Shown piece by piece: positions 36,770 to 49,413 of a DNA stretch of 64,000 nucleotides (its first letter is position 1; each line of letters begins with the position of its first letter). The notes beneath the pieces are model-generated. The model saw only the letters and a program-made list of their open reading frames with translations, was not told the origin of the DNA and did not search any database. Made by a program: the position numbers and the translations under genes. The stretch lies in assembly GCA_963843375.1 (NCBI GenBank), contig CAWJKT010000009.1, forward strand, positions 128,001-192,000, written 5' to 3'. Origin of the DNA: an uncultured Pseudomonadota bacterium. Its GTDB lineage: Bacteria; Oederibacteriota; Muellerivitia; Muellerivitales; Muellerivitaceae.

Positions 36770-36952
36770 TCGCTTCGGGATATCCCGGTCGTGATCCTGA
36801 CCAACTCCCGGTCGGAAGCGGACGTTCGGCAGGCCTATGAGATCGGGGCCAATTATTATTTGATAAAACCGGCCAACTTCGATGAGTTCCGCTCGGCCAT
36901 CCAAAAGGTGGAGGAAATTTGGCTGGCGGGGGTTAACGGGCAGGAGGACTAG
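36770..36952 (+). pseudogene. 3' half of a response-regulator receiver gene truncated by IS21
   Basis: Manual translation right after the IS end: SLRDIPVVILTNSRSEADVRQAYEIGANYYLIKPANFDEF..EEIWL; no start codon. Confidence 0.85.
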
Positions 36953-36961
36953 GAGGATTCC

Positions 36962-37594
36962 ATGAAACATTTAATGTCAAAAGTTTGGTGGATCTTGATG
37001 CTTAGGGGGATACTGGGTTTAGTTCTGGGGCTGGCATCTTTGTGGCTTTTGGGCAGCGGGGAAAAATACGGGGATGAATTTGGCTTTTCCTTCCTGATCA
37101 GGCCGGTGGAGTTGATGATGACCTTGGTTCTTTTGCTGGGATTTTACGCCTTTTTGGAGGGACTTTTCTCCATCCTTTTAGGAATACAAGACTTTGGCCA
37201 AGGACGCCGTTGGTGGGTACTGGTCGTGGAAGGGATGATGACCATCGGTTTGGGCCTTCTGGCTTGGATGCGACCTGGTCTTTCCATCTTGATCCTTCTT
37301 TATTGGATTGCCGCCTGGGCGATCCTGTCGGGTTTGATGGAGATGAACCAAGGCCTGCGGGGAACCGAATATCGGGACCGTCGGTCGACCCTTTTTTATG
37401 CCGGACTTCTTTCCCTGCTTTTCGGAGCGGTCATCCTTTTGCAGGGAACTGAAAGCGACCGCCTCGTCTGGACCATCGCCCTCTATGCGCTGGTATCGGC
37501 TGTTCCTCCTTTGATCTTGGGATACCACCTGCGCCGGTTCCGCTTGGGGTCCCTGAGAAAAAGAAGGCGCGTGGTGGTCCTCATGAGGGGCTAA
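36962..37594 (+). CDS. HdeD/DUF308-family membrane protein
   Basis: WWILMLRGILGLVLG, IAAWAILSG; six TM segments. Confidence 0.8.
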   Translation: MKHLMSKVWWILMLRGILGLVLGLASLWLLGSGEKYGDEFGFSFLIRPVELMMTLVLLLGFYAFLEGLFSILLGIQDFGQGRRWWVLVVEGMMTIGLGLLAWMRPGLSILILLYWIAAWAILSGLMEMNQGLRGTEYRDRRSTLFYAGLLSLLFGAVILLQGTESDRLVWTIALYALVSAVPPLILGYHLRRFRLGSLRKRRRVVVLMRG

Positions 37595-37656
37595 AGATCT
37601 AAGAACATTGGTGGAAAAGGGCGCGAACGCTATTAAAGTGTTGAGGGGATTTCCGA

Positions 37657-38091
37657 CTAATTTTTTTTGAGCCAGGTTTCTTCCAAGTAATTTATCAAGG
37701 CCCCGAAATGGGGAATATCATGCGGCTTCATGAGGAAATCATCAGCTAAGGAGAACCTGGCCTTTAATAAATCATGATCATTACGCGATCCAGTTAAAAT
37801 CAAGACAGGGATTTTCTTTAAACCCGAGTCCTCTTTGATTGTGGAAAGAACTTCCCAACCGCTTTTCTTGGGAAGGCTCAAGTCTAATAAGATGACATCA
37901 GGGGAGAGATGAAGGGATTTAAGATCATGGGGCCGGAGATAGTCCAACGCGCTTTCGCCGTCGGGCGCTACCGTCACATTGATGGGCCGTCTTGAATTCT
38001 CCAAGGCGTTCTTCATAAGCTCCGCATCCGCCGGGTTGTCCTCCACTAGAAGAATTTCAAACGGTTTAGTTTTTTGAGTTTCCGCTTTCAT
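37657..38091 (-). CDS. Single-domain response regulator (Rcp-like)
   Basis: ILLVEDN, PDVILLDLSLP, KP, C-terminal W. Confidence 0.9.
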   Translation of the reverse strand: MKAETQKTKPFEILLVEDNPADAELMKNALENSRRPINVTVAPDGESALDYLRPHDLKSLHLSPDVILLDLSLPKKSGWEVLSTIKEDSGLKKIPVLILTGSRNDHDLLKARFSLADDFLMKPHDIPHFGALINYLEETWLKKN

Positions 38092-38149
38092 GCGTTGCCT
38101 CCTTTGAAAAGCATTAATTCCGATTCTGGAACCCAAACCCACCGATGTC

Positions 38150-38641
38150 TTAAAAACCCAAGTTCCTTGATGCGCCGGGCGGAAGGTCCAGTCTTAATTC
38201 CTTAATCCAGTTCTCCTCAAGATAATTTAACAAGACGCCATACTGAGACCACACAAGGGGTTTTAAAAGATAGGCGCTTACCCGAGTTTGGTAGGCTTTC
38301 CATTTGTCTTCATCGAAATTGGAACTGGTCAGGATCAAAGTGGGGATATCGCTCAAGTGGCGGGAACGCTTGATTTCCGACGCGACTTCATGGCCGTTTT
38401 TTCGAGGAAGGTTTAAATCCAGCAGGATGAAATCAGGCCGGGATGTGGAAAAATAGGGATTTTTTCGACGTAAGTAGTTAATGGCTTGTTCCCCGTCTTC
38501 CACCACGTTCAGATTGATGGCATACCTGGAATTTTTGAAAGTTTCCTTTAAAAGGTTAACGTCACCGGGATTGTCCTCAACCAGAAGGATTTCCACAGCC
38601 CTTTGTTTTTTCGCCGGTTGAGTCTTCTGAATGGATTTCAT
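38150..38641 (-). CDS. Single-domain response regulator (Rcp-like)
   Basis: ILLVEDNPGD, PDFILLDLNLP, LLKP. Confidence 0.9.
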   Translation of the reverse strand: MKSIQKTQPAKKQRAVEILLVEDNPGDVNLLKETFKNSRYAINLNVVEDGEQAINYLRRKNPYFSTSRPDFILLDLNLPRKNGHEVASEIKRSRHLSDIPTLILTSSNFDEDKWKAYQTRVSAYLLKPLVWSQYGVLLNYLEENWIKELRLDLPPGASRNLGF

Positions 38642-38859
38642 GCCGCCCTCAGTTTTTGGAAAAAGTCTCGCCAAGGACAAGATGGAAAGACATTGTTTCT
38701 TGTCAAGTCAAGCCGCGAACCAATGAGCCGAAAAGCCGGCCCGTAAAAAACGAGCTTTGAAATAAGGTTAAATCCGATCGTGAATTTTTTTCAATCCCTA
38801 AAAGGGCCTTTATTTAAATTTTCAGCCAGAACGATCTTTTGTGATTTTTTTAAAAATTT

Positions 38860-39285
38860 TTAATTTGGTTTTTCTTGAATGTTCGGCGTGAAACAATTCG
38901 GGGAAGGTTCAACAGAGGAACGCACCATTTTTATTAAAGCACCGCCATCCAGTTGGTTTTTGACGATGTAGTGCTGAGCGCCCAATTTAACCGCTTCTGC
39001 GGCTAGGTCGGGATCGTTATAGCCTGAAAGCACGAAAACCGGGATGAGCGGCTGGATCCGGTGGATAAGCACCAAAGGTTCCAGTCCCAAAAAAATGGGA
39101 AGAGATAAGTCCAAGAGGATGGCATCGATCTTTTCCTGGGATATGCGTTTAAGGGCGGTATCTAATTCAGCGGCTCGCGCTAGTTCAAAATCCCCATTTC
39201 CGAATTCCTGAAAAGCCTCTATCAATAAAAAGGCGTCAGGGGAATTGTCCTCAACGATTAATATCTTGAATTTTCTAGGATTCAT
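38860..39285 (-). CDS. Single-domain response regulator
   Basis: ILIVEDN, ILLDLSLP, GAQHYIVK. Confidence 0.88.
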   Translation of the reverse strand: MNPRKFKILIVEDNSPDAFLLIEAFQEFGNGDFELARAAELDTALKRISQEKIDAILLDLSLPIFLGLEPLVLIHRIQPLIPVFVLSGYNDPDLAAEAVKLGAQHYIVKNQLDGGALIKMVRSSVEPSPNCFTPNIQEKPN

Positions 39286-39699
39286 AAAAGTATTTTATTT
39301 AATTTTCGGGCCTAAAAGCTTGGTTTTTTGCACTTGGATATAAAAAAGTATCCGAAAGTAAGGAAACCATTTACCTCTAATGAATAATTTTTAACTGATT
39401 TTTTACAAATTTTTTTTATTTTCTCTCTTGGTTCCTGAAACCTTGAGATTTTATAAAAATTCTTGATCAAATTCCCGATTTTAGATGGCTGGGTGTTTGA
39501 AATGCCCGCTGAATTGGCACGATTCCTTTTGGCGTTAATAAACCATATCGAATGTTTCCGAAAAATTATTTAAAAGCTCGGCGATATAATTAAATTGTAA
39601 TTGATAGCGATCGATTGTGCGGAAGTGGAACTCATCAATTTTCTTCCTCCTGCATTTCGCTATCCCCGGCCATTTTAACGATTTAAAACTGGAGGGCGA

Positions 39700-42600
39700 A
39701 TGTCAACTCAACTTCATCGTGAAGACTCGACTTTCGAAGCTGATTCCCTGGACGCGAACCAACTACTAAAAACCATGATGGCGTTAAAAAGGGGGGATTT
39801 TTCCGTCCGCCTTCCGATTGAATGGACCGGCACGGCAGGAAAGATCGCCGATACGTTCAACTATGTCGTGGAAATGAACGAACGCATGGCCGGGGAATTG
39901 GAACGGCTTCGTCAAGCTGTAGCTAAGGAAGGAAAGATCAATCAGCGGGCGTTGCCGGGGGAGTTTGGCGGATCCTGGTCACGGATGATCGAGTCGGTGA
40001 ACACCCTCATTGATGAACTGGTGCGCCCTACCAGTGAAATGTCGCGCGTTATTGGCGCCGTCGCCAAGGGAGACCTTTCCCAGGCGGCAGCCTTGGAAGT
40101 GAGCGGGCGTCCCTTGGAAGGAGAATTTCTTCAAACCGCCAGAACCATCAACACCATGGTGGACCAACTCCGGTCTTTCGCCTCGGAAGTTACCCGTGTG
40201 GCCCGCGAAGTCGGAACGGAAGGGAAATTAGGGGGCCAGGCTATCGTCCCGGGAGTCGCCGGTACCTGGAAAGACCTGACTGATAACGTCAATCTCATGG
40301 CCAGTAACCTGACCGGCCAGGTTCGTAATATCGCGGAAGTCACCATCGCCGTGGCTAACGGTGACTTGTCGAAAAAAATCACCGCCGACGTGCGTGGTGA
40401 AATACTCCAGTTAAAAGAAACCATCAACACGATGGTGGATCAACTCCGTTCCTTTGCCTCGGAAGTTACCCGCGTGGCGCGCGAAGTGGGTACGGAAGGA
40501 AAACTAGGCGGCCAGGCTATTGTGCCGGGAGTTGCGGGTACCTGGAAAGACCTTACCGACAATGTCAATTCCATGGCTAGTAATCTGACCGGCCAAGTTC
40601 GTAATATCGCGGAAGTCACCATCGCCGTGGCCAGCGGCGACCTGTCGAAAAAAATTACCGCCGACGTGCGTGGTGAAATTCTCCAGTTAAAAGAAACGAT
40701 CAACACGATGGTGGATCAACTCCGTTCCTTCGCTTCGGAAGTTACCCGTGTGGCCCGCGAAGTGGGTACGGAAGGAAAACTGGGCGGCCAAGCCCAGGTG
40801 CCGGGGGTTGCGGGAACTTGGAAAGACCTGACCGACAATGTTAATTCCATGGCAAGCAACTTGACCGGCCAAGTGCGTAACATCGCGGAAGTCACCACGG
40901 CCGTAGCCAACGGCGACTTGTCGAAAAAAATCACCGCCGACGTGCGTGGTGAAATACTCCAGTTAAAAGAAACCATCAACACGATGGTGGATCAACTCCG
41001 TTCCTTCGCCTCGGAAGTTACCCGTGTGGCCCGCGAAGTGGGTACGGAAGGAAAACTGGGCGGCCAAGCTGTCGTCCCGGGCGTCGCGGGAACCTGGAAA
41101 GATTTGACTGACAACGTGAACTTGATGGCCAGCAACCTTACGGGCCAAGTCCGTAATATCGCCGAGGTGACCATCGCGGTGGCCAACGGCGACCTGTCCA
41201 AAAAAATCACAGTCGACGTAAAGGGCGAAATATTAGCCTTGAAGAACACAATTAATATCATGGTGGACCAACTCAACGCTTTTGCTGGGGAGGTCACCCG
41301 TGTGGCCCGTGAAGTGGGTACGGAAGGAAATTTAGGAGGCCAGGCTCAGGTTCCGGGGGTCGCCGGCACCTGGAAAGACCTGACGGAGAACGTCAACTTG
41401 ATGGCCAGCAACTTGACAGGTCAAGTGCGCAACATTGCCGAGGTTACCATTGCGGTGGCCAGCGGAGACTTGTCGAAAAAGATCACGGCGGATGTGCGAG
41501 GTGAAATCCTCCAGTTAAAAGAAACCATAAACACCATGGTGGACCAATTGAGTTCCTTCGCTTCCGAAGTCACCCGCGTGGCACGGGAAGTCGGGACTGA
41601 CGGTAAATTGGGAGGCCAGGCCTATGTGCCCGGGGCAGCCGGTACCTGGAAGGACTTAACGGACAACGTAAATTCCATGGCCAGCAACTTGACCGACCAA
41701 GTGCGTAACATCGCCGACGTTACCACCGCCGTGGCCAGCGGCGACCTGTCTAAGAAAATCACGGTGGATGTCAAAGGTGAAATTCTCGAACTCAAAGATA
41801 CGATCAACACCATGGTGGACCAACTGAACGCCTTCGCGGGAGAAGTCACCCGCGTGGCCCGCGAGGTGGGTACGGAGGGGAAACTCGGCGGCCAAGCCCA
41901 GGTGCCGGGTGTGGGCGGGACCTGGAAAGAATTGACGGACAACGTAAATTCCATGGCCAGCAACTTGACCGACCAAGTGCGTAACATCGCCGACGTTACC
42001 ACCGCCGTGGCCAGCGGCGACTTGTCGAAGAAAATCACGGTGGACGTCAAAGGTGAAATTCTCGAACTTAAAGACACGATTAACACCATGGTGGACCAAC
42101 TGAACGCCTTCGCGGGAGAAGTCACCCGTGTGGCCCGCGAGGTGGGTACGGAAGGGAAACTCGGCGGCCAAGCCCAGGTGCCGGGTGTGGGCGGGACCTG
42201 GAAAGAATTGACGGACAACGTAAATTCCATGGCCAGCAACTTGACTGACCAAGTGCGTAACATCGCCGACGTCACCACCGCCGTGGCTAGCGGCGACCTG
42301 TCGAAGAAAATCACGGTGGACGTCAAAGGCGAAATCCTGGAGTTGAAAAATACCATTAACACTATGGTGGACCAATTAAGTTCTTTTGCTTCTGAAGTTA
42401 CCCGCGTGGCCCGCGAGGTCGGTACCGAAGGAAAACTCGGCGGCCAGGCTTACGTTCAAGGTGTGGGTGGTACTTGGAAGGAACTGACGGACAACGTCAA
42501 TTTTATGGCCAGCAACCTGACGGGCCAGGTTCGTAACATCGCGGACGTTACCACGGCTGTTGCAAAGGGCGACTTGTCGAAAAAAATTACGGTGGACGTC

Positions 42601-45600
42601 AAAGGTGAAATCCTAGAGTTGAAAAATACCATTAACACCATGGTGGACCAGCTCAACGCCTTTGCGGGAGAAGTCACACGGGTTGCGCGCGAGGTAGGTA
42701 CCGAAGGGAAACTCGGAGGCCAGGCCGAGGTGCCGGGAGTCGGTGGTACCTGGAAGGACTTGACCGACAGCGTGAATTCCATGGCCAGCAATTTGACCGA
42801 CCAGGTTCGTAACATCGCCGACGTCACCACCGCAGTGGCTAACGGTGACCTATCCAAAAAAATCACCGTCGACGTGCGGGGTGAAATTCTCCGTCTCAAG
42901 GAAACGATCAACACCATGGTCGACCAACTGCGATCTTTCGCCTCCGAGGTAACCCGCGTGGCGCGTGAAGTGGGAACCGAAGGAAAGCTCGGCGGCCAGG
43001 CTTACGTCCAGGGCGTCGGCGGTACCTGGAAAGACTTGACAGATAATGTGAATTCCATGGCCAGCAACTTGACAGGCCAAGTGCGTAATATCGCCGATGT
43101 CACCACCGCTGTGGCCCGGGGCGACTTGTCCAAAAAAATCACGGTGGATGTCAAGGGCGAGATTTTGGAGTTGAAGAACACCATTAACACCATGGTGGAC
43201 CAGTTAAACGCCTTCGGCGGGGAGGTCACCCGCGTGGCGCGTGAAGTGGGAACCGAAGGAAAGCTCGGCGGCCAGGCGCAAGTCAAGGGGGTTTCGGGGG
43301 TTTGGAAAGACCTTACCGACAACGTCAACCTTATGGCGGCCAATCTGACCGATCAGGTTCGTAATATTGCAAAGGTGGTCAGTTCGGTCGCCAGCGGAGA
43401 ATTGAAACAAAAACTCACCGTCGTGGCCAAGGGCGAAATCGCCGCTTTGGCTGACACGATCAATAGCATGATTGATACCCTGGCCACCTTCGCGGCCCAG
43501 GTCACCAGTGTGGCGAGGGAAGTCGGTGTGGAAGGGCGGTTGGGAGGCCAGGCCAATGTTCCGGGTGCGGCGGGAACCTGGAAGGACCTAACCGACAACG
43601 TCAATCAACTTGCGGCTAACTTGACAACCCAGGTACGCGCCATCGCCGAGGTGGCCACCGCCGTGACCAAAGGTGATTTAACTCGGTCAATTCGTGTTGA
43701 TGCCAGCGGCGAAGTTGAAACTTTGAAAGACACCATTAACCAGATGATCGCCAACCTACGCGGCACCACCCAGAAGAACGCCGAACAAGACTGGCTCAAG
43801 ACCAACCTTGCGCGCTTTACCCGGATGTTGCAGGGACAACGTGACCTTCCAACGGTTGCGAAGGCCATCCTGTCCGAACTGAACCAGGTTGTGGCAGCCC
43901 AACACAGCGCCTTTTATATCGCCAATACCAAGGAGCAGGGTGAAACACGCCTCCAGTTTCTTTCCGGTTTTGCCTATAGATCCCAACCGGAACTTCCAAA
44001 GGAATTCGCCCTTGGAGAGGGCTTAGTAGGAGAGTGTGCTCAGGAGAAGTCCCGGCTTCTGCTGAACAAGGTCCCCAGTAATTACATCCGCATAGGCTCG
44101 GGATTGGGTGAATCCACACCCTCGAATATCGTGGTGCTTCCGGTTCTTTTCGAAGGCCAAATAAAGGGCGTGCTGGAATTGGCGTCTTTTGAGACTTTCA
44201 GCACGACCCATTTAGCGTTCCTCGAGCAGTTAATGGAAAGTATCGGTATCGTCATTAATACTCTTGAAGCGACTCTGCGCACGGAAACTCTGTTGAAACA
44301 CTTGCAAAGCCAGCAGGAAGAATTGCAGAAAACCAACCAGGAGTTAGAAGAAAAGGCTGACCAGTTGGCCCTGACATCCAAATACAAGTCCGAATTCCTT
44401 TCCAATATGTCCCATGAGTTGCGCACCCCATTAAACAGCATGCTGATTCTCTCCCAACAACTGGCGGAGGATTCCAAGAACCTAACGACTAAACAGGTGG
44501 AATACGCTCGAACCATCCACGCTTCGGGCGGCGACCTGTTGCTTTTGATCAACGACATCCTTGATTTGGCAAAGGTGGAATCCGGCACCATGACCTTGGA
44601 TGTGGACAATGTGCCTTTCAACGAAATGCGCGAGCATATGGAAAGGCTTTTCCGCCACGTGGCCGAAGGTAAGGGCTTGAACTTTAACATCGAGATTGAT
44701 TCCCGGTTGGGCGGGGAGATTCATACGGACTCCAAGCGTCTGGAACAGGTCTTGAGAAATCTCCTTTCCAACGCCTTCAAGTTTACTGAAAAGGGTCAGG
44801 TGTCCCTCAAGATATCTTCCGCTAGCAGTGGCTGGAGCCCAGATCACCCGGCCCTTAGCAGGGCGGAGGAAGTGGTGGCTTTTTCCGTTATCGACACGGG
44901 AATCGGAATCCCTGAGGACAAGCAAAAGATCATCTTTGAGGCGTTTCAACAAGCCGAAAGCGGAACCAGCCGGAAATATGGAGGCACGGGTCTGGGTTTG
45001 TCGATCAGCCGGGAGTTGGCCAAGCTCCTTGGAGGACAGTTGACTCTGTCCAAGAGCCACCTTGGACGGGGTAGTACTTTTGTGCTCTACATGCCCAAGA
45101 ACTTCATACAGGTCAAAACGGCCGGCATGAGTACAAGCCAGGCTGAAAAAACGGCCTTATTGCTTCCTAAGCCTTACCGGGATCCCCTGAAGGCGGAAAA
45201 CGAAGGGGTGGTGGTGGCCGCAAGCAAGGTGGCGGACGACCGCAGAAACATCAAGCCCGGGGATAAAGTGCTTTTAATCGTTGAAAATGACGCCAACTTT
45301 GCCCGAATTCTGGTTGATGTAGCGCATGACAAAGGCTTCAAAAGCCTCGTGGCCCTTCGAGGTGATACGGCCCTGCGTTTGGCCGATGAGTTCCGGCCCA
45401 GCGCGGTGACACTGGACATTCAGCTTCCAGACATCGACGGTTGGAAAATACTTTCGCGATTCAAAAATGACCTGGCCGCCCGTCATATCCCCGTGGAGAT
45501 TATCTCTGCCGATGAGGATTGGACGAGGGGTTTAAAACAGGGGGCGGTGGGCTTTCTCGCAAAACCCGTCAGTAAGGAGGGGTTAAAGAAGGCCTTTGCG

Positions 45601-46428
45601 GACATCCAAAAGTTCCTAGAACCTGGTGTCCGTCAACTCCTGCTTGTTAGCGCCCAAAAGAGTCAGCGTAACAAACTCAAGGAAATGCTGGAATTCGGGG
45701 AGATCAAGGTGAAAGCCGTATCTGACAGTCGGGAAGCACTGCCGCTATTGAAGAAGGGAAACTTGGATTGTCTTGTTCTTGAATTGCCGGAAGCGGATGG
45801 TTTCCGAATGTTAAAGGAGATACATTCCAATTCCGATTTCGCCAACCTGCCCACTGTTGTTTACATCAACAGCGACTTAACCAAGGAAGAGGAAGCGCAA
45901 TTGAAGCGCGCTTCCAAAACTTGCGTCATCAAGGAGTCTAAATCCCTTGAACGTGTAGTGGACGAGGTGGCCCTTTTCCTTCACCAAGCGACCGCGAAAT
46001 TGCCTGAAACCAAACGAAAAGGAATTGAGCAATTGTACCAAAGCAACGCGGCCCTGACGGGGCGTAAGGTATTGGTAGTCGACGACGACATCCGGAATAT
46101 TTTCGCCATGACCAGTCTTTTGGAGCATCAGCAGATGAAAGTCGTTTCGGCTGAAAGCGGTCGTGAGGCCATCGACCTTTTGGAAAAGACTCCGGACGTC
46201 GATATTGTGTTGATGGACATCATGATGCCGGAAATGGACGGTTATGACACCATGCAGGCGATTCGACAAAAGAAATCTTTCAAATCCCTGCCCATCGTCG
46301 CTTTAACCGCCAAGGCCATGAAAGGGGATCGTGAAAAATGTATCGAGTCCGGCGCTTCGGATTACATCACGAAACCGGTCGATTCGGAACAGTTGATTGC
46401 CATTATGCGAATGTGGGTGAGCCGGTAA
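39700..46428 (+). CDS. Poly-HAMP hybrid histidine kinase (HAMP repeats-GAF-HisKA-HATPase-3 receivers)
   Basis: About 13 tandem 92-aa repeats, [10 protein letters not shown]-box, N/G boxes, GGTGLGL, three REC domains; no TM segment. Confidence 0.95.
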   Translation: MSTQLHREDSTFEADSLDANQLLKTMMALKRGDFSVRLPIEWTGTAGKIADTFNYVVEMNERMAGELERLRQAVAKEGKINQRALPGEFGGSWSRMIESVNTLIDELVRPTSEMSRVIGAVAKGDLSQAAALEVSGRPLEGEFLQTARTINTMVDQLRSFASEVTRVAREVGTEGKLGGQAIVPGVAGTWKDLTDNVNLMASNLTGQVRNIAEVTIAVANGDLSKKITADVRGEILQLKETINTMVDQLRSFASEVTRVAREVGTEGKLGGQAIVPGVAGTWKDLTDNVNSMASNLTGQVRNIAEVTIAVASGDLSKKITADVRGEILQLKETINTMVDQLRSFASEVTRVAREVGTEGKLGGQAQVPGVAGTWKDLTDNVNSMASNLTGQVRNIAEVTTAVANGDLSKKITADVRGEILQLKETINTMVDQLRSFASEVTRVAREVGTEGKLGGQAVVPGVAGTWKDLTDNVNLMASNLTGQVRNIAEVTIAVANGDLSKKITVDVKGEILALKNTINIMVDQLNAFAGEVTRVAREVGTEGNLGGQAQVPGVAGTWKDLTENVNLMASNLTGQVRNIAEVTIAVASGDLSKKITADVRGEILQLKETINTMVDQLSSFASEVTRVAREVGTDGKLGGQAYVPGAAGTWKDLTDNVNSMASNLTDQVRNIADVTTAVASGDLSKKITVDVKGEILELKDTINTMVDQLNAFAGEVTRVAREVGTEGKLGGQAQVPGVGGTWKELTDNVNSMASNLTDQVRNIADVTTAVASGDLSKKITVDVKGEILELKDTINTMVDQLNAFAGEVTRVAREVGTEGKLGGQAQVPGVGGTWKELTDNVNSMASNLTDQVRNIADVTTAVASGDLSKKITVDVKGEILELKNTINTMVDQLSSFASEVTRVAREVGTEGKLGGQAYVQGVGGTWKELTDNVNFMASNLTGQVRNIADVTTAVAKGDLSKKITVDVKGEILELKNTINTMVDQLNAFAGEVTRVAREVGTEGKLGGQAEVPGVGGTWKDLTDSVNSMASNLTDQVRNIADVTTAVANGDLSKKITVDVRGEILRLKETINTMVDQLRSFASEVTRVAREVGTEGKLGGQAYVQGVGGTWKDLTDNVNSMASNLTGQVRNIADVTTAVARGDLSKKITVDVKGEILELKNTINTMVDQLNAFGGEVTRVAREVGTEGKLGGQAQVKGVSGVWKDLTDNVNLMAANLTDQVRNIAKVVSSVASGELKQKLTVVAKGEIAALADTINSMIDTLATFAAQVTSVAREVGVEGRLGGQANVPGAAGTWKDLTDNVNQLAANLTTQVRAIAEVATAVTKGDLTRSIRVDASGEVETLKDTINQMIANLRGTTQKNAEQDWLKTNLARFTRMLQGQRDLPTVAKAILSELNQVVAAQHSAFYIANTKEQGETRLQFLSGFAYRSQPELPKEFALGEGLVGECAQEKSRLLLNKVPSNYIRIGSGLGESTPSNIVVLPVLFEGQIKGVLELASFETFSTTHLAFLEQLMESIGIVINTLEATLRTETLLKHLQSQQEELQKTNQELEEKADQLALTSKYKSEFLSNMSHELRTPLNSMLILSQQLAEDSKNLTTKQVEYARTIHASGGDLLLLINDILDLAKVESGTMTLDVDNVPFNEMREHMERLFRHVAEGKGLNFNIEIDSRLGGEIHTDSKRLEQVLRNLLSNAFKFTEKGQVSLKISSASSGWSPDHPALSRAEEVVAFSVIDTGIGIPEDKQKIIFEAFQQAESGTSRKYGGTGLGLSISRELAKLLGGQLTLSKSHLGRGSTFVLYMPKNFIQVKTAGMSTSQAEKTALLLPKPYRDPLKAENEGVVVAASKVADDRRNIKPGDKVLLIVENDANFARILVDVAHDKGFKSLVALRGDTALRLADEFRPSAVTLDIQLPDIDGWKILSRFKNDLAARHIPVEIISADEDWTRGLKQGAVGFLAKPVSKEGLKKAFADIQKFLEPGVRQLLLVSAQKSQRNKLKEMLEFGEIKVKAVSDSREALPLLKKGNLDCLVLELPEADGFRMLKEIHSNSDFANLPTVVYINSDLTKEEEAQLKRASKTCVIKESKSLERVVDEVALFLHQATAKLPETKRKGIEQLYQSNAALTGRKVLVVDDDIRNIFAMTSLLEHQQMKVVSAESGREAIDLLEKTPDVDIVLMDIMMPEMDGYDTMQAIRQKKSFKSLPIVALTAKAMKGDREKCIESGASDYITKPVDSEQLIAIMRMWVSR

Positions 46429-46542
46429 CAAGCGAAGGAATAGGTTTCAAATCGAGAAAAGGGGAATTGAAAGAATCCATCCCAAGGGGGAAGAAGCCAG
46501 GTTGGATAAAGGTCTTTTTTGACCTTTGAAGGAGGGAAATAC

Positions 46543-47898
46543 ATGACAGAGAAAGATAGCCCGGTCAATATTCTCTTAGTCGACGATGAGCCGAAAAACC
46601 TTTTGGCATTGGAAGCCGTTTTGGAGGGACTAGGCCAGAACCTCGTGAAGGCGCGTTCGGGCGATGAAGCCTTAAGGCGTCTTATTCATGAGGACTTTGC
46701 GGTCATCCTTTTGGATGTGCTGATGCCAGGGATGAACGGTTTTGAGACGGCGACACTGATCCGTCAGCGCGACCGAACTAGATATACGCCCATCATTTTT
46801 TTGACGGCGGCTGGAAAATCCGAAACCGAGATGTTTCAAGGCTACGCTGTGGGCGCCATTGACTACTTGGTGAAACCTTTTGTCCCGTCGATCTTGCGGT
46901 CCAAGGTTGTAGTCCTGATCGATTTGTACCGAAAGAACGAGCAGGTTCGCCAGCTAAATGAAGAACTTAGCCATAGGTCTCAGGAGTTAGAGATCCTTAA
47001 CTTGAAATTAAAAAATGAAAACGAGATTCGCAAACGGACCGAAGAGGAGTTGCGCCAATCGGAGGAGGGGTTAAAAAGCCTCAACGCCACATTGGAGGCA
47101 AAGGTTGTGGAGCGAACGGAAACGGTGGAAGAACGAAGCCGCCAACTGGCCAAGATTAATGTCGAACTGGAGCAGTTCGTTTACGCCGCCTCTCATGACT
47201 TGCAAGAGCCCTTGCGAACGGTGACCAGTTTCTTGCAACTATTGGAGCGCCGCAACAGGGATTTGCTGGACAATGATTCAAAACAATTCATTGATTTCGC
47301 CGTCAAAAGCTCCGAACACATGCGCAGCCTGATCAACGGCCTTTTGGAATTCTCGCGGGTGAACTTGAAGGAAAAAAAGTTTCAGAGTGTTGATTGTAAT
47401 GTGATTGTAAGTGAGATCCTTAAACAATTAAACGCTTCCATTGTCGAAAGCGGAGCCAAGGTGGAATGCCTGTGGTTACCCGAGGTTTGGGGCGAGCCGA
47501 TGTTATTAGGGCAGCTTTTCCAAAATCTGATTGGAAACGCCCTCAAGTTTTGTTCCGAACGTTCTCCGCGAGTGGAGGTAGGAGCTGAAAAGCGGGAAGG
47601 GGAATGGCTTTTTTGGGTCAAGGACAATGGTATTGGCATTGAACCGCAGTATTTCCGCCAGATTTTCCTTCTTTTTCAGAGACTTAACAATCGTGAAAAT
47701 TTTCCCGGAGCCGGCCTGGGTTTGGCTGTATGCCAAAAAACCGTGGAACTTCACGGAGGTAAGATTTGGTGCGAATCTGAGTTTGGGAAAGGTTCCCGCT
47801 TTTTCTTTACGATTCCTTACTCCCCGAAAGTCGCTGAGGCACCCAGGTTGGAATCGGCAATTAAAAAGGAGAAAGTGGGGAATCCGGGCCAAGGCTAG
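46543..47898 (+). CDS. Receiver + histidine kinase hybrid
   Basis: N-terminal REC, SHDLQEPLR H-box, GAGLGL. Confidence 0.92.
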   Translation: MTEKDSPVNILLVDDEPKNLLALEAVLEGLGQNLVKARSGDEALRRLIHEDFAVILLDVLMPGMNGFETATLIRQRDRTRYTPIIFLTAAGKSETEMFQGYAVGAIDYLVKPFVPSILRSKVVVLIDLYRKNEQVRQLNEELSHRSQELEILNLKLKNENEIRKRTEEELRQSEEGLKSLNATLEAKVVERTETVEERSRQLAKINVELEQFVYAASHDLQEPLRTVTSFLQLLERRNRDLLDNDSKQFIDFAVKSSEHMRSLINGLLEFSRVNLKEKKFQSVDCNVIVSEILKQLNASIVESGAKVECLWLPEVWGEPMLLGQLFQNLIGNALKFCSERSPRVEVGAEKREGEWLFWVKDNGIGIEPQYFRQIFLLFQRLNNRENFPGAGLGLAVCQKTVELHGGKIWCESEFGKGSRFFFTIPYSPKVAEAPRLESAIKKEKVGNPGQG

Positions 47899-47977
47899 AG
47901 TAACGGATTCGGTTTGGGAAAATATCGCCTTTAACTAGGAGTTTTTACGGTAAAGCTACGTATGTAAAAGAGGACTC

Positions 47978-48682
47978 ATGTCTCTCGAGAAAATGAAATC
48001 AAAAATTGTTTCGACAATTCGAGAAGAATTTTTAAAACATCATGTTCGAATCGATGATGAGAACATACGTTCATCGGAAACGAAAGATGTTTTGTCGATC
48101 TGGATTGAACAAAAAGACGGCTTAAATACCAGCAGAGATAAATTTATAGTCAATAAGGGCGATTTGTTGGATGGGGTTAACTATTCCCTTGCCATCGATT
48201 ATCGCATTGGCAAATGGATAAATTATTACGAATGCGAGTTTTCCAAAATACGAACGAGGGCTCCCATTTTGATGGCGGACGACAACGTGGGTGATTGTTT
48301 TCTCGTGGCTGAAGCCTTGAAAGCCAATCTGGTTGAAAATCCTTTTGTGGCAGTTTCGGATGGCGAGGAATTGCTGAACTATCTTTTTCGACGAGGAAAG
48401 TTTGCCAGTCCAGGGTTGGCGCCTTGTTTTATTCTTTTGGATTTAAACATGCCTCGAATAGACGGACGAGAAGTCTTACAAGTCCTCAAAACCGACAATA
48501 GCTTTCGCAAAATACCAGTAGTGGTATTTTCTTCATCCAAAGCTGAGCAGGATATTTTGAAGGCCTATGATTACGGGGGTAATTCTTTCATTACCAAGCC
48601 CTCGACTTTTGAAAGGCTTTTAGAAATAGTGAAAATTCTTCAAGTGTATTGGCTGGATGTCATAGAACTTCCTTTTGGTTAA
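47978..48682 (+). CDS. Response regulator with ~95-aa N-terminal extension
   Basis: ILMADDN, ILLDLNMP, FITKP in the C-terminal part. Confidence 0.85.
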   Translation: MSLEKMKSKIVSTIREEFLKHHVRIDDENIRSSETKDVLSIWIEQKDGLNTSRDKFIVNKGDLLDGVNYSLAIDYRIGKWINYYECEFSKIRTRAPILMADDNVGDCFLVAEALKANLVENPFVAVSDGEELLNYLFRRGKFASPGLAPCFILLDLNMPRIDGREVLQVLKTDNSFRKIPVVVFSSSKAEQDILKAYDYGGNSFITKPSTFERLLEIVKILQVYWLDVIELPFG

Positions 48683-48891
48683 TAGATTTCCCTTAAGGTT
48701 TGAATTAGGGACATCCCATTTTCTGATCAAAGAGGTAAAATTAACTCAGAAGAAACAATTTAATTGTTGGGGTTGACGCGTCAACGATTATCATTCGTTC
48801 TCATTTAAAAAAGAGAGAAAACCTGGCTTGATCGCCGGGAGTTCCTCTTTCCTATGCCGATTCAATACTGATCAAATTGTTAGGAGGCGTT

Positions 48892-49344
48892 ATGATCTCG
48901 TTAACCCAAAAGTTAAGCCGGTCCATCCACGTCTTGCTCGTTGAGGACAACCTTGCCGATGTCACCCTCATTGTGGAAGCTTTCAAGGGGTGTCAAAAGC
49001 CGATCCAAGTGACTCGAGTGAAAGACGGGGAAGAAGCCCTTCAATATCTTCGGGGCCAGAGTCACCTTGCCCAGACCCATAGGCCCGATCTTGTCCTCTT
49101 GGACTTAAACATGCCAAAAAAATCCGGGTTGGAGGTATTAAACGAAATTAAATCCGACCCGGAATTAAAAGAGATACCCGTGGTGGTCTTGACTAATTCC
49201 AAGATGCAATCGGACATCCAAAAGGCTTACGAGTCCAAGGCCAATTTTTACATTGTTAAACCCTCCGATTTGGATGAACTATTCGGGGTCGCGAAATACT
49301 TGGAAACTATTTGGTTGAAAAGTGTGGACAGCCCAGACGATTAA
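48892..49344 (+). CDS. Single-domain response regulator (Rcp-like)
   Basis: VLLVEDN, PDLVLLDLNMP, YIVKP. Confidence 0.9.
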   Translation: MISLTQKLSRSIHVLLVEDNLADVTLIVEAFKGCQKPIQVTRVKDGEEALQYLRGQSHLAQTHRPDLVLLDLNMPKKSGLEVLNEIKSDPELKEIPVVVLTNSKMQSDIQKAYESKANFYIVKPSDLDELFGVAKYLETIWLKSVDSPDD

Positions 49345-49413
49345 ATTCTTTGCGTTCGGATGAAAGGAAACCCTTCGATGGTTGGGTTTCCCCTGCGGTT
49401 GTAAGGGGTGGTT

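Noticed and set aside
40100..43700. Periodic repeats as a possible CRISPR array
   Set aside because: The 276-bp period lies inside one ORF and encodes HAMP repeats; no unique spacers or cas genes.
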